Source: Dehalococcoidia bacterium (GTDB lineage Bacteria; Chloroflexota; Dehalococcoidia; UBA2979). Taken from it: a DNA stretch of 64,000 nt. The notes under the pieces were generated by a model. It was not told where the DNA came from, made no database searches, and saw only the letters and a list, made by a program, of their open reading frames with translations. The stretch is taken from positions 32,001-96,000 of the forward strand of contig OZ219867.1 in the NCBI GenBank assembly GCA_964291495.2. The letters are read 5' to 3'. This document shows, piece by piece, positions 1 to 9,223 of this stretch. Position numbers and translations under genes: made by a program. Every line of letters begins with the position of its first letter. Positions within the stretch are counted from its first letter, which is position 1.

Positions 1-3000
1 TGCCTCGTGCAGCTCCGCCCGGCACACCAGGCGCTCGGGGAGCGGGCCGGTCAGCCACAGCCGCTCCCAGCCGAACGGCATGTAGACGGTCGTGTCGCCT
101 TCGTCGGTGCTGCGCCCTCCCGACATGACCTGGGAGCAGGCGTCCAGCAGGAGCGGGTGGATCTCGATTCCGTTCCGGTCCACCAGGCTCGGCAGGGCGA
201 TCTCCCCGAGCGCCTCGCCCTGCCCCTGCCAGAGCGCGGTCAGCCCGCGGAAGGGCGGGCCAAGCTCGACTCCGACGCCGCTTCTCGCCCGGTAGAGATC
301 TCGCGGGTCGCCGGGCGTCATGCCGGCCTTCGCGGCTTCGACATTGATCGAGGCGCCCGCCCCGTCCAGCGGAGCCGTCGCCGGGACGCTGCCCCTCGCG
401 TGCAGCGTCCAGTCCGTGCCGGCGCCCTTGCTGAAGATCTCGACGCGCCGGCGCTGCCGCTCGTCGGGCTGCCCGAGGATGATCTGCAGCCGGCGGCCCT
501 GTTCCTCGCCGTCTGCCGCCTCCGGGAAGATCAGCGGGCTGAACAGCTGCAGGTCGTCCATGAGCACGGTGGCGCCCTCGGACAGCAGCGCCGAGGCCAC
601 CAGCGCGCTGTACAGCGCCCCGGGCGCCACCACGCGCCCGAACACCCGGTGCTCCTGCAACCACGGCGGGTCCGACGGCTCGATCTCGGACTCGAACGAG
701 ATCTCGCCGTTCGGCGACTCGTGCCGCAGGCCGAGCAGGGGATGGCCGACGGCCGCGCGTCGCTGCCGGGGCGCCTTGAACCAGTAGGAACTGCGCTGGA
801 ACGGGTATCCGGGGATCGGGATACGGCGTCGCTCCTCACCCGTGAACAGACCCTCGAACGAGATGTCGAGGCCGGCCGTGTACGCCTCGGCGACGGCCTC
901 CGTGAATCCGCTCGCCGCCTCCGTGCCGCCCCGCACCTCGGGACGCTGCATGGTGGGAATGGCGACTACTGCCCCGGGAGTGCCCGGCGGGTGCGGCCAG
1001 ATCATGCTGATCATCGGCCCGAGCACGGCGTGCGGACCGATCTCGATCACGGTGTCCACGCCGAGGTCCGAGAGGGTCCTGACGCTGTCCGCGAACGCCA
1101 CCGGCTGGCGCACGTGCCGTCTCCAATACGCGCCGTCCAGCGCCACACCCGCGTCTATGGCCTCGCCGTCGATGTTGCTGACGAACTCCACCCCCGGTGG
1201 TTCGACGTCGATTGCGTTCGCGGACGCTTCGAGCTCTGGCAGCATCGGGTCCAGTAGCGGGCTGTGGGCGGCCCGTGCGAAGTCCATGCGTCGTGCACGA
1301 ATCTCCTGCGCCTCGAAGTGCGCCGAGATGACGTCGACCTCGTCCGCGAGGCCGGTCACGACCTGGTTGAGGCCGTTGTCGGAGGCAATGCCCAGCAGGC
1401 CACGCTCGGACACGGCGTTGATCTCCTCGATTGCCGCTTCGACGTCCTCGCGCGGGGCGAAGATGGCCACCCCCGCTCCCGGCTCGGTCTCGAACATGAG
1501 TCGGCCACGAACGATCGCCAGCCGCATGCCGTCCTCGAGGCTGAACACCCCCGCCGCCTGGGCGGCGGGCAGCTCTCCGAAGCTGTGCCCGATCACGACA
1601 TCGGGCTGGACCCCGACACTCGCCCAGAGCGCCGTCATCGCACACTCGAGCGCGTAGAGGGCGGGCTGAGCCCAGTCCGTCTGGTCCAGGACCGGCCTGG
1701 CGCCTTCGGGGCCAAACATGACGTCGAGCAGGGACTCGCCCCGCTCCTCGAGGTGCACGGCCTCGCAGCGGTCCATCACGGCCCGCGCGATCGGCTCGGT
1801 TTCGTAGAGGTCCCGGCCCATGCCGAGCCATTGGCTGCCCTGCCCGGTGTACGCGAAGGCCACCTTGTCCGCCGAGCCCGGCCTTACTTCCGCCGCGCCG
1901 TTCGCGAGTGCGGTCAACTGCTCGCGCAGGGACTCCGCGTCGCGGAACAGCACGGCCGCGCGATGGCTGAAGTGGCTGCGGCCAATGCCTGCCGTCCACG
2001 CCACGTCCGGGATCGCGGTGTCCCTCGCAGGCGCGCGATCGAGCCAGGACACGTAGCCCTGGGCGAGTTCGCGGAGTGAGGCGTCGTCCCTGCCCGACAG
2101 CGGGAGGATCCGGGCGGACCGCTCACTGACGGGCCCCTCCGGCAGGTCGAGACCAGCGAAGGGTCCCGGCAGCGCAACCGTGACACGACTGGCGACGGCG
2201 GCCGGCCGCCCCGAGTAGGCGTCGGGTCCGGCCCCGGCGCCCCGGTAACCCTCGAGGACGACGTGTGCGTTCGTACCCGTCATCCCGTACGAGCTCACTC
2301 CTGCCAGCCGTGGGTTGCCGGGCCGATCCGGCCACGCGGTGGTTTCCGAGGCCACTCGTACGGGCAGCCCGTCCCAATCGATCGCCGGGTTCGGGGTGTT
2401 GAAGTGCAGGTGCCGAGGAATCACCCCGTGGTGAATCGCCAGCACCGTCTTGATGAGGCCGGCGACGCCGGCCGCCGGCTCGAGGTGACCGAGGTTGGAT
2501 TTCGCCGAGCCGATGAGCAGGGGGCGTTCGGGGTCTCGTCCCTCGGAGTACACGGCCGCCACGGCCGAGAGCTCGATCGGGTCGCCGACAGGCGTGCCCG
2601 TTCCGTGCGCCTCGACATAGTCCACCGCGGCCGGGGCAACGCCGGCCCTGGCGAGTGCTTCCCGGAAGACCCTCCGCTGGGCGAGGTCGTTCGGCGCCGC
2701 GTAGTTCGTGCTGGCGCCATCATGGTTCACCGCCGAGCCGCGAAGCACGCTCCAGACATGGTCTCCATCGGCGACCGCGTCACTCAGCCGCTTCAGGACG
2801 ACGACGCCGCAACCCTCGCCGCGCACCCACCCGTCTGCCGACGCGTCGAACGCCTTGCACTGGCCCTCCGGCGAGAGGGTCCCCGCCTCCGCGTACGACT
2901 CCGAGCGGCGCGGGTCCAGGATGAGGTTGACGCCCGCGACGAGGGCCAGGTCCGCCTCCCCGTGCTGCAGCGCCATGGCCGCCTCGTGCGTGGCGACCAA

Positions 3001-3615
3001 CGAGGACGAGCAGGCGGTGTCCACCGCCATCGCCGGGCCCTGGAGGCCCAGCAGGAAGGCAAGCCGGCCACTGATGCCGTTGAGGTTGGTGCTGAGGTTG
3101 GCGTACAGCCTGGCCGCGCGCCCGACGGACTCCGGGGACTGATCCAGCGCACGGAAGACCACCTCGCGATACTCCATGTTGCTGACGCCCGTGAACACGG
3201 CCGTGCGAGTGCCCCTGAGTCGATCGGGGTCTAGCCCGGCATCCTCCAGCGCCCGCCAGGTGGTCTCCAGCGTCAGCCGCTGCTGCGGATCCACGATCTG
3301 TGCCTCGAGCGGAGACATGCGGAAGAACGCCGCATCGAACAGGTCGACGTCGGTCAGGAAGCCGCCGAAGCGGGCGAGATCACTCGCGCCTTCGCGCTCT
3401 CCGAATGCGTCGCTGGTACGTCCGACTCCGGAACCGGGGACGGACCTGGTCACGGCGTTGCGGCCCTCCTCGAGCAGCTCCCAGTAGGCGTCGAGGTCGG
3501 GCGCGCCGGGGAAGCGACAGGCCATGCCGATGATCGCCAGCGGCTCGGTCATTGCAACTCCTCCGCCGTCACGCGCGGTGGACGGCGCACGGGCAGGGTC
3601 GCTTGTCGCGTTCAT
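1..3615 (-). CDS. supA: Type I polyketide synthase, SupA-like (KS-AT-DH visible; continues beyond left edge)
   Basis: Not in the ORF track because it is open at the edge. Manual translation gives EPLAIIGMACRFPGA, KS motifs DTACSSS / EAHGTGT / NLGHLEPAAG, AT GHSFG and RAAHS, and DH EHRVFGRVVAPG. Alternative start ATG at 3552 (GGAGGAG upstream). Operon context matches the sup cluster. Confidence 0.9.
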   Translation of the reverse strand, partial: MNATSDPARAPSTARDGGGVAMTEPLAIIGMACRFPGAPDLDAYWELLEEGRNAVTRSVPGSGVGRTSDAFGEREGASDLARFGGFLTDVDLFDAAFFRMSPLEAQIVDPQQRLTLETTWRALEDAGLDPDRLRGTRTAVFTGVSNMEYREVVFRALDQSPESVGRAARLYANLSTNLNGISGRLAFLLGLQGPAMAVDTACSSSLVATHEAAMALQHGEADLALVAGVNLILDPRRSESYAEAGTLSPEGQCKAFDASADGWVRGEGCGVVVLKRLSDAVADGDHVWSVLRGSAVNHDGASTNYAAPNDLAQRRVFREALARAGVAPAAVDYVEAHGTGTPVGDPIELSAVAAVYSEGRDPERPLLIGSAKSNLGHLEPAAGVAGLIKTVLAIHHGVIPRHLHFNTPNPAIDWDGLPVRVASETTAWPDRPGNPRLAGVSSYGMTGTNAHVVLEGYRGAGAGPDAYSGRPAAVASRVTVALPGPFAGLDLPEGPVSERSARILPLSGRDDASLRELAQGYVSWLDRAPARDTAIPDVAWTAGIGRSHFSHRAAVLFRDAESLREQLTALANGAAEVRPGSADKVAFAYTGQGSQWLGMGRDLYETEPIARAVMDRCEAVHLEERGESLLDVMFGPEGARPVLDQTDWAQPALYALECAMTALWASVGVQPDVVIGHSFGELPAAQAAGVFSLEDGMRLAIVRGRLMFETEPGAGVAIFAPREDVEAAIEEINAVSERGLLGIASDNGLNQVVTGLADEVDVISAHFEAQEIRARRMDFARAAHSPLLDPMLPELEASANAIDVEPPGVEFVSNIDGEAIDAGVALDGAYWRRHVRQPVAFADSVRTLSDLGVDTVIEIGPHAVLGPMISMIWPHPPGTPGAVVAIPTMQRPEVRGGTEAASGFTEAVAEAYTAGLDISFEGLFTGEERRRIPIPGYPFQRSSYWFKAPRQRRAAVGHPLLGLRHESPNGEISFESEIEPSDPPWLQEHRVFGRVVAPGALYSALVASALLSEGATVLMDDLQLFSPLIFPEAADGEEQGRRLQIILGQPDERQRRRVEIFSKGAGTDWTLHARGSVPATAPLDGAGASINVEAAKAGMTPGDPRDLYRARSGVGVELGPPFRGLTALWQGQGEALGEIALPSLVDRNGIEIHPLLLDACSQVMSGGRSTDEGDTTVYMPFGWERLWLTGPLPERLVCRAELHEA

Positions 3616-3639
3616 CGATCCTACCCCTTCCGTCCATCG

Positions 3640-5379
3640 CTATGGAGACCCGTCGACCCGTACGGTAACGATGTCGAGGCCGTGGTACTTCTGGTGCCGG
3701 ACGGCTGACGCATAGTGCCGCAGCAACCGGAGCGAGATCTCGTTCGGCTCAGGGATTTGCAGTTCCGTGCTCAGGTAGGCGATGCGGTCCTCGAGGTTCT
3801 CGTGATCGGTTGCCGCCACGAACTCCAGGTCAACGGCCGCGCCCGCCGGACGTGCGGTGACGGTGAGCCGCGCATCGCCCGTCGTCGACTCGCCGTCCTC
3901 GGACATGACCAGCGTGGACAGCGTCTCCTCGCCCGCCGAGCGCAGGCGCTCCGTTGACGCCTCGTTCCAGTTCAGCCCCGCCGCCACGCCGCGGAGGAAC
4001 TCGTCGACGCGCGGCAGCGCCGCCATCCCGAGCTCGGCGCGAAGGCGCTCGGGGCGGGGATTGGTCCACTCGATGAACGCCGTGAGCAGGATGGCGACAG
4101 CCGTACCAGCCATCACGCCGTTGCCGAGCAGGCTCCCCAGCGTCTCCCCGAACGCGTCGACGAGGATGTCTTGCCCGTCGACGCCGAGGCCGACCGCGAA
4201 CGCCAGCGCGACCACGAGGACCTTCTGCGCGTCGAGCCCGTCGCGGACGACCGTCTGCATGCCGCCGACGAAGAACAACCCCAGCACCAGCAGGAGGTAA
4301 GCCCCCATCACGGGATCGGGAATGCTGAGGAGCAGCGCGGCGAACTTGGAGAAGAACGCCAGCACGAGGAAGATCGCGGCAATTGCGTAGCCGACACGCC
4401 GCGCCGCGACGCCCGTGAGGCTGATCAGCGAGACGCTGAACGAGGAGTACGCGAATGTCGGGGGCGTCCCGGCGATGCCGGCCAGCACCATGCCCACGCC
4501 GTTCGCGTTCACGGCGCCCTGGATCTGGCGGAAGTCGACGGCCCGGGACTCCCGACGCGACGCCTGCTGGATGATCATGGTGTCGCTGATGACCTTGATG
4601 CCGAGGACGAGCGTGAGGATCGCGAACGTGGGGAGGAGCGCCCAGAACTCCACGCCGGGCGTGAGATCGACGCCCGGGAACTGTGCCTCCGGGATGCCTA
4701 CCCACGGCGCATCGATCACTCGCTGCAGATCGTAGATTCCAAACGCCGCGGCAATCGCGGTGCCGACTCCGATGCTGATGAACGCCGACCAGAGCCTCCA
4801 CGCGCCGGTCGCCCGCAACGCCAGCACCGTGGAGGCGACGAGCGTCGCGAGCGCGACTAGGGGCCCGGCGCCCGCCGGGCTGCCGTCCGGCACCTCGGCC
4901 AGCCGGGCGAACGCGACCGGCACGACGGTGACCGCGATCAGCATCAGCACCGTGCCCGAGACGACGGGGGTGATGATCCGGCGCAGGACCGGCAGCCAGG
5001 CCGCCAGCGCGAACTGGAAGAGCGAGGAGACCAGCATCAGGCTTGCCATCAGCGCGGGCCCGCCCTCCGAGATGGCGGCGGCGGTCACGACGACGAACTG
5101 GATGGTGGGACCGGTGATCACCACCAGCCCCGCTCCCATCCTCGCGAACTGGTTCGCCTGCAGCGCGGTGATGATCGCGTTGATGATCAGGGCGGCGAAC
5201 ACGGCCCACGTCAGGTAGCCCTCGTCCTGGCTCGCCGCCCGGACGGTGATGGCCACGATCAGCACCGTCGGCGCCAGCACCAGCACGACGCCCTGGAGCC
5301 CCACGGTGAGCGCCAGCAGCGGCGGGCACGGCTCCTGCGGCTCGTACTGCAGCTGCTCGTTGACGCCTGCCGCTGCCAT
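3640..5379 (-). CDS. supE: NCS2 (xanthine/uracil) family permease with C-terminal RsbW/HATPase-like extension, SupE-like
   Basis: 579 aa, many TM segments, RRIITPVVSGTV motif typical of NCS2, soluble C-terminal domain; directly upstream of the PKS. Confidence 0.8.
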   Translation of the reverse strand: MAAAGVNEQLQYEPQEPCPPLLALTVGLQGVVLVLAPTVLIVAITVRAASQDEGYLTWAVFAALIINAIITALQANQFARMGAGLVVITGPTIQFVVVTAAAISEGGPALMASLMLVSSLFQFALAAWLPVLRRIITPVVSGTVLMLIAVTVVPVAFARLAEVPDGSPAGAGPLVALATLVASTVLALRATGAWRLWSAFISIGVGTAIAAAFGIYDLQRVIDAPWVGIPEAQFPGVDLTPGVEFWALLPTFAILTLVLGIKVISDTMIIQQASRRESRAVDFRQIQGAVNANGVGMVLAGIAGTPPTFAYSSFSVSLISLTGVAARRVGYAIAAIFLVLAFFSKFAALLLSIPDPVMGAYLLLVLGLFFVGGMQTVVRDGLDAQKVLVVALAFAVGLGVDGQDILVDAFGETLGSLLGNGVMAGTAVAILLTAFIEWTNPRPERLRAELGMAALPRVDEFLRGVAAGLNWNEASTERLRSAGEETLSTLVMSEDGESTTGDARLTVTARPAGAAVDLEFVAATDHENLEDRIAYLSTELQIPEPNEISLRLLRHYASAVRHQKYHGLDIVTVRVDGSP

Positions 5380-5400
5380 GGCGGTCTTCTCCCAGGGTCT

Positions 5401-6309
5401 CTAGATGAGTCCCTGCTCCTCGAGGAACTCGAGCATCAGGGCAACGCAGTTCTCCGGCTGCTCCAGTTGCAGCAAGTGCGTAGCGTCCGGGAGGAAGTCA
5501 TAGTTCACTCCCGCCATCTCTGAGAGATCCATTGTGGGAAGGAACGCGTACGGAAGCGTCGGATCCGCGCCAATGACCTTGAGCGGGCAGTCGAAGCCCA
5601 GAAGGTCCACGCCGACCGCATAGATCCGCCCGTACTCCATCAGCTGAGCCTCGTACTCGGGGGGGCAACTCAGCTCGTATCCATCTCCGGACGGGTTCTG
5701 GCGGAGCGTCGTCTCGGCCAGGAGTTCAAGCACACCCGGCACCACGTGCCGGAAGTTGGGGGACAACTGCGCGAGGTCGGCCAAGACCTGCCTGCTGGCG
5801 AACTGGCGCATCCGCGCTCGTGCCATTGCCGCATTGCGAAGGGATGCTTCGTCGTACTCCTCGCGTGTGAACCCCGGCTTTCGAAGCGGAGGATCGAACA
5901 TGACGAGGGCCGCCAGCTCGCTGCCGTTGCTGGGTGCAAGCAGCGTCACCAGCGATGAGACGGAGTGGTACACGCCGATCTTGGGCTCTTTGCCGTAGTG
6001 GGCGTCGATGGCGGCGAACACGAGATCCTGATCCCGTGCCAGTGCCGGGACATGGTGACCCGCGAGCGGACCCAGTGCATTGCGCCCGTGGTTCCGCAGG
6101 TCGTAGACGATCAGGTCGAAGTCGTCCGTCAGCAGGGACCAGAACGGGTAGTACAGGTCGATGGCCAGGCCACTGCCGTGGCTCAGGACCAACCTCGGTC
6201 CAGCGGGGTTCCCGTGACGCCGGAGGGTGATGACGGTGCCGTCGCCGACCGGGACGTCCAGCGTCGAGCTTGGCTCCGGCAGCTCCCACATGTGGTCCGA
6301 CCTCGTCAC
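5401..6309 (-). CDS. supD: Alpha/beta hydrolase, SupD-like
   Basis: LVLSHGSG, YDLRNHG, GVYHSVS nucleophile elbow, C-terminal HLLQLEQP. Start set at GTG 6309 with GGAG (track ORF starts 6393). Confidence 0.8.
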   Translation of the reverse strand: MTRSDHMWELPEPSSTLDVPVGDGTVITLRRHGNPAGPRLVLSHGSGLAIDLYYPFWSLLTDDFDLIVYDLRNHGRNALGPLAGHHVPALARDQDLVFAAIDAHYGKEPKIGVYHSVSSLVTLLAPSNGSELAALVMFDPPLRKPGFTREEYDEASLRNAAMARARMRQFASRQVLADLAQLSPNFRHVVPGVLELLAETTLRQNPSGDGYELSCPPEYEAQLMEYGRIYAVGVDLLGFDCPLKVIGADPTLPYAFLPTMDLSEMAGVNYDFLPDATHLLQLEQPENCVALMLEFLEEQGLI

Positions 6310-6328
6310 GCTCTCCGTGCGTTCCCTG

Positions 6329-7102
6329 CTACGAGGAGGCCCCGCCGTCGACTTCGTGAGCGAGGGCGGCAGCGAAGCGCTCGTCACCGACATCCTGCAC
6401 GCGCCAGGTGACGCCGCGCAGTTGCGGCAACTGAAGCGTACCGCTTGTCTCGCCTAGCCGGATCGCACGAGGGATCTCGAACGCCGTCGCATCCAGCAGG
6501 AAGCCCTCGCCATGCGCCTTCAGCAGTGCTTCCTTCATCGTCCAGAGCTTGAAGAACAGGTGGAGCTGCTCGGAACCGGTCGCCGAGGTCACCTCGGCGG
6601 TTTCCTCTTCGCCCAAGGCCGCCTCGATGAGCAGGTCGAGCCTGCGGCGCTCCACGCGTTCCTCGATATCGACGCCCAGGCGCCCCTCAGCTGCGATCGC
6701 GATCAGGCCGTGCCAGCCGCCATGGCTGACACTGAAGCTGATGTCGGCTTGCCGGTCCCGTACCCTGGCGAAGGGCTTACCGTGTGGCGAGACCCCGAAC
6801 GCCAACTCGTCATTCCTGCACCCGAGTTCCGTGCAGAGCACGGCGCGGACTGCGGCCCGGCTCAAGACAAACTGGCGACGTGGCCCGGAGTACTCGAACC
6901 GGCTCCACCGAGCCAGCTCGCCTTCATCCAGACAAGCGAGCGCGGCCCACTCACGCTCCGGGTCCGGAGCCAGGTCGACGTACAGAACGGTGGCCGAGCC
7001 GACCCTGGTGTACTGCTGCCACCAGGGCGCTCGAACCGGAGGCACAGGGAACGTCCGGGCTTCGGCACGTTCCGGCAGCCGGCAGGTGACTGTCGTGGTC
7101 AG
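6329..7102 (-). CDS. supC: Sfp-type 4'-phosphopantetheinyl transferase, SupC-like
   Basis: HGKP, FSVSHG, LGVDIE, WTMKEALLKAHG motifs. Start uncertain: CTG 7102 overlapping the ACP stop, or GTG 7045. Confidence 0.88.
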   Translation of the reverse strand: MTTTVTCRLPERAEARTFPVPPVRAPWWQQYTRVGSATVLYVDLAPDPEREWAALACLDEGELARWSRFEYSGPRRQFVLSRAAVRAVLCTELGCRNDELAFGVSPHGKPFARVRDRQADISFSVSHGGWHGLIAIAAEGRLGVDIEERVERRRLDLLIEAALGEEETAEVTSATGSEQLHLFFKLWTMKEALLKAHGEGFLLDATAFEIPRAIRLGETSGTLQLPQLRGVTWRVQDVGDERFAAALAHEVDGGASS

Positions 7103-7344
7103 GCCGCGTTCGCCGCCACGTACTCCAGGAGGCTGCGCGGGGTGAGCAGGTCGCCGCAGTCGCCGGCCGAAATCGAGGTGCCGAACTCCTCGTTCACGAG
7201 TCTCAGAAACGCCGCAATGTCCTGGGAAGACACACCCGCTTCGGCGATGTTGCGATCGAGGTTGAGCGGGTCGCCGGGGCTCCGTCCTTCGATCGTCAGG
7301 TTCTCGTCGAGAAGGCTGATCAGACGCTCTTCGTTCGATGCCAC
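7099..7344 (-). CDS. supB: Stand-alone acyl carrier protein, SupB-like
   Basis: 81 aa acidic protein with AGVSSQD (Ppant Ser) and EEFGTSI; AAGGAGG RBS before GTG 7344. Confidence 0.8.
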   Translation of the reverse strand: MASNEERLISLLDENLTIEGRSPGDPLNLDRNIAEAGVSSQDIAAFLRLVNEEFGTSISAGDCGDLLTPRSLLEYVAANAA

Positions 7345-7435
7345 TCCGGACCTCCTTGCTGTCGGACTCCACACATCGCGCAGCGTGCGCGGCGGGAACC
7401 CCTGCTGCATCCGGACTGTGTTGCCGGACCAGCGG

Positions 7436-7505
7436 ATGCTACCTTGAGGACTGTGTGATGCGTGTGTCAAGGGTCAATCTCTTGTGTGTTTTTTTGTATT
7501 TTTTG
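7436..7505 (-). promoter_or_regulatory. Putative promoter of the sup operon with A-tract (UP-element-like)
   Basis: Minus strand reads AAAAAATACAAAAAAACAC...TTGACC/TTGACA...TAGCAT; strongly AT-rich patch in a GC-rich background. Confidence 0.4.
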
Positions 7506-7567
7506 CGCCGTCGTGATCGGTCCGGAGCCGGACCGCCACGGACGGCAGTCTTAAGCGTGGCTACCGC

Positions 7568-7690
7568 GTGCTACTCGGCGAGGAGGCCGCTGGGCCGTCG
7601 GCGCCCTGTCCGCGCGGCGAGATCGGCGAGGGCTTCAGCCTTGTCGTCCGCGAGGGCCGCAGCGTGGCAGACCTCGAGGCGTGCGCCGAG
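7568..7690 (+). pseudogene. Short coding-like remnant (PCPRGEIGEGFSLVVREGRSVADLEACAE)
   Basis: About 40 codons with coding-like GC3 bias and no convincing start or end, between the tRNA-Ala 3' end and the sup promoter. Confidence 0.3.
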
Positions 7691-7800
7691 GGTTTCGGCT
7701 CACGGCGCGCGACGCGCGCTTGCAACCTGTGGAGCACGTCGAAGCAACTGCGATGTTTCAGAAGTCAGCCCGGCCGGCTCGGTTCTTCCTGCAGTGCAGT

Positions 7801-7876
7801 TGGTGGAGGCGAGGGGATTCGAACCCCTGACCTCGGCATTGCGAACGCCGCGCTCTCCCGACTGAGCTACGCCCCC
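7801..7876 (-). tRNA. tRNA-Ala(CGC)
   Basis: GGGGGCGTAGCTCAG...CGGCG-TTCGCAA-TGCCG...GGTTCGAATCC...CTCCACCA; G3:U70 pair, encoded CCA. Confidence 0.97.
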
Positions 7877-7956
7877 ACGGATTTCGAGTATGGGCTGCCC
7901 ACCGGCGAGCGGCAAACCGCGCGTGCCGCGTCGGGAGCGTGCGCGAGCGCGGCGGC

Positions 7957-8577
7957 TCAGCCCTCGATCAGCCCCGGCAGCGGATCGATCCGCATCCGCC
8001 CGGCAGGCAGATCGACTTCGAGGATCACCTCGGGGATGGCGGGGATGAGCAGGTCGCGCGCGCCCTCGCGGCGCACGAGGTAGACGTCGTTCGCGCCGGT
8101 TCGCAGCACCTCGGCGAGCTCCCCGATCGCCGCGCCGTCCGCGTCGAGGATGGCGAGACCGACCAGGTCGTGGACGTAGTACTCGCCGTCCGGGAGCGCC
8201 GGCAGCTCGTCCTCGGCGATCTCGATCAGCGAGCCGCGCAGCACATCCGCGGCGGTCCTGTCCTCGTAGCCCTCGAAGACAATGCAGGGGTAGCCGCGCG
8301 GCGTCGCGACGTCGAGGATGCGGCGCGGCTCGCCGCGTACGAACACGACGGCGCCGGGCTGGAGGCGCTGCGGGTTCGAGGTGAGGGGCGTCACCTTGAC
8401 GTGGCCGCGCAGCCCCCAGGTGCTGTTGATGCGCCCGACGGCGATGCGGCCGGGCGCGCTCCCGGCCTCGGCTGCCTCGGGCGCACCGTCGCGGTGGCGG
8501 GGAGTGCGGGCGGCGGGGCGGGAGCCGGCGGGGCCGCGCCGCCGGCGCGTCCGTGACGGCCGGGACGGCGGAGGCAC
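7957..8577 (-). CDS. rimM: 16S rRNA processing protein RimM
   Basis: VGRINSTWGLRGHVKV, EYYVHDLVGL, TGANDVY, LIPAIPEVI; Arg/Pro-rich N-terminal extension, start uncertain. Confidence 0.93.
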   Translation of the reverse strand: MPPPSRPSRTRRRRGPAGSRPAARTPRHRDGAPEAAEAGSAPGRIAVGRINSTWGLRGHVKVTPLTSNPQRLQPGAVVFVRGEPRRILDVATPRGYPCIVFEGYEDRTAADVLRGSLIEIAEDELPALPDGEYYVHDLVGLAILDADGAAIGELAEVLRTGANDVYLVRREGARDLLIPAIPEVILEVDLPAGRMRIDPLPGLIEG

Positions 8578-8584
8578 GGCGGGG

Positions 8585-8812
8585 CTACTCGATGTTGAGC
8601 GAGGTGCGCACGCCGGCCCGGATGCTGGCGACGTGCAGCAGCGAGCGCATCGCGTTCACCACGCGGCCCTCGCGGCCGATGATGCGGCCCTTGTCCTGCT
8701 CGGCGCACTCGAGGTGGAAGACGATCTGATCGCCACGCTCCTCCGCTTCGACGACGATCTCGTCGGGTCGGGAGGCGAGGCCGCGGGCAAGGTACTCGAT
8801 CAGTTCTTTCAT
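8585..8812 (-). CDS. khpA: KH-domain RNA-binding protein KhpA
   Basis: MKELIEYLARGL...DKGRIIGREGR; between rpsP and rimM. Confidence 0.92.
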   Translation of the reverse strand: MKELIEYLARGLASRPDEIVVEAEERGDQIVFHLECAEQDKGRIIGREGRVVNAMRSLLHVASIRAGVRTSLNIE

Positions 8813-8825
8813 TGGTGTCGTCTCG

Positions 8826-9146
8826 CTATGCGTCCTCGGCGGCTGCGGCTGCGGCCGCCTCGCGCTCGGCGCGGCTGGGCTTGGTCAGGCGCTGCGGCGG
8901 GGCCTCGTCGATCAGGCCCTCGCGGTGCAGCAGGCGGTGCACGGTCTCGCTCGGCCGCGCGCCCATCGAGAGCCAGTGGCGCACGCGCTCCTCCTTGAAG
9001 ACCAGCTCCTTCGGCTCCGAGCGCGGATTGTAGTGCCCGATGATCTCGACGAAGTCGCCGTCACGCGGAGCGCGCTGGTCGGCCACGACCACGCGGTAAT
9101 ACGGTGCCTTGGAGCGGCCGGTGCGGCGGAGCCGGATACGGAGCAC
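8826..9146 (-). CDS. rpsP: 30S ribosomal protein S16
   Basis: LRIRLRRTGRSKAPYYRVVVADQRAPRDG; start set at GTG 9146. Confidence 0.96.
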   Translation of the reverse strand: MLRIRLRRTGRSKAPYYRVVVADQRAPRDGDFVEIIGHYNPRSEPKELVFKEERVRHWLSMGARPSETVHRLLHREGLIDEAPPQRLTKPSRAEREAAAAAAAEDA

Positions 9147-9223
9147 GTGTTGCCTCTCGCTTGCGCCCGCCCTCGCGAACACTGCGAGTCAGCCTACCGC
9201 GCGCACGCGCTAGCGTCAGCCTG

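Noticed and set aside
7-3533. Many long + strand and alternate-frame ORFs over the PKS (e.g. 7..1257, 2263..3234)
   Set aside because: GC-rich shadow ORFs; the real frame is the minus-strand PKS missing from the track.
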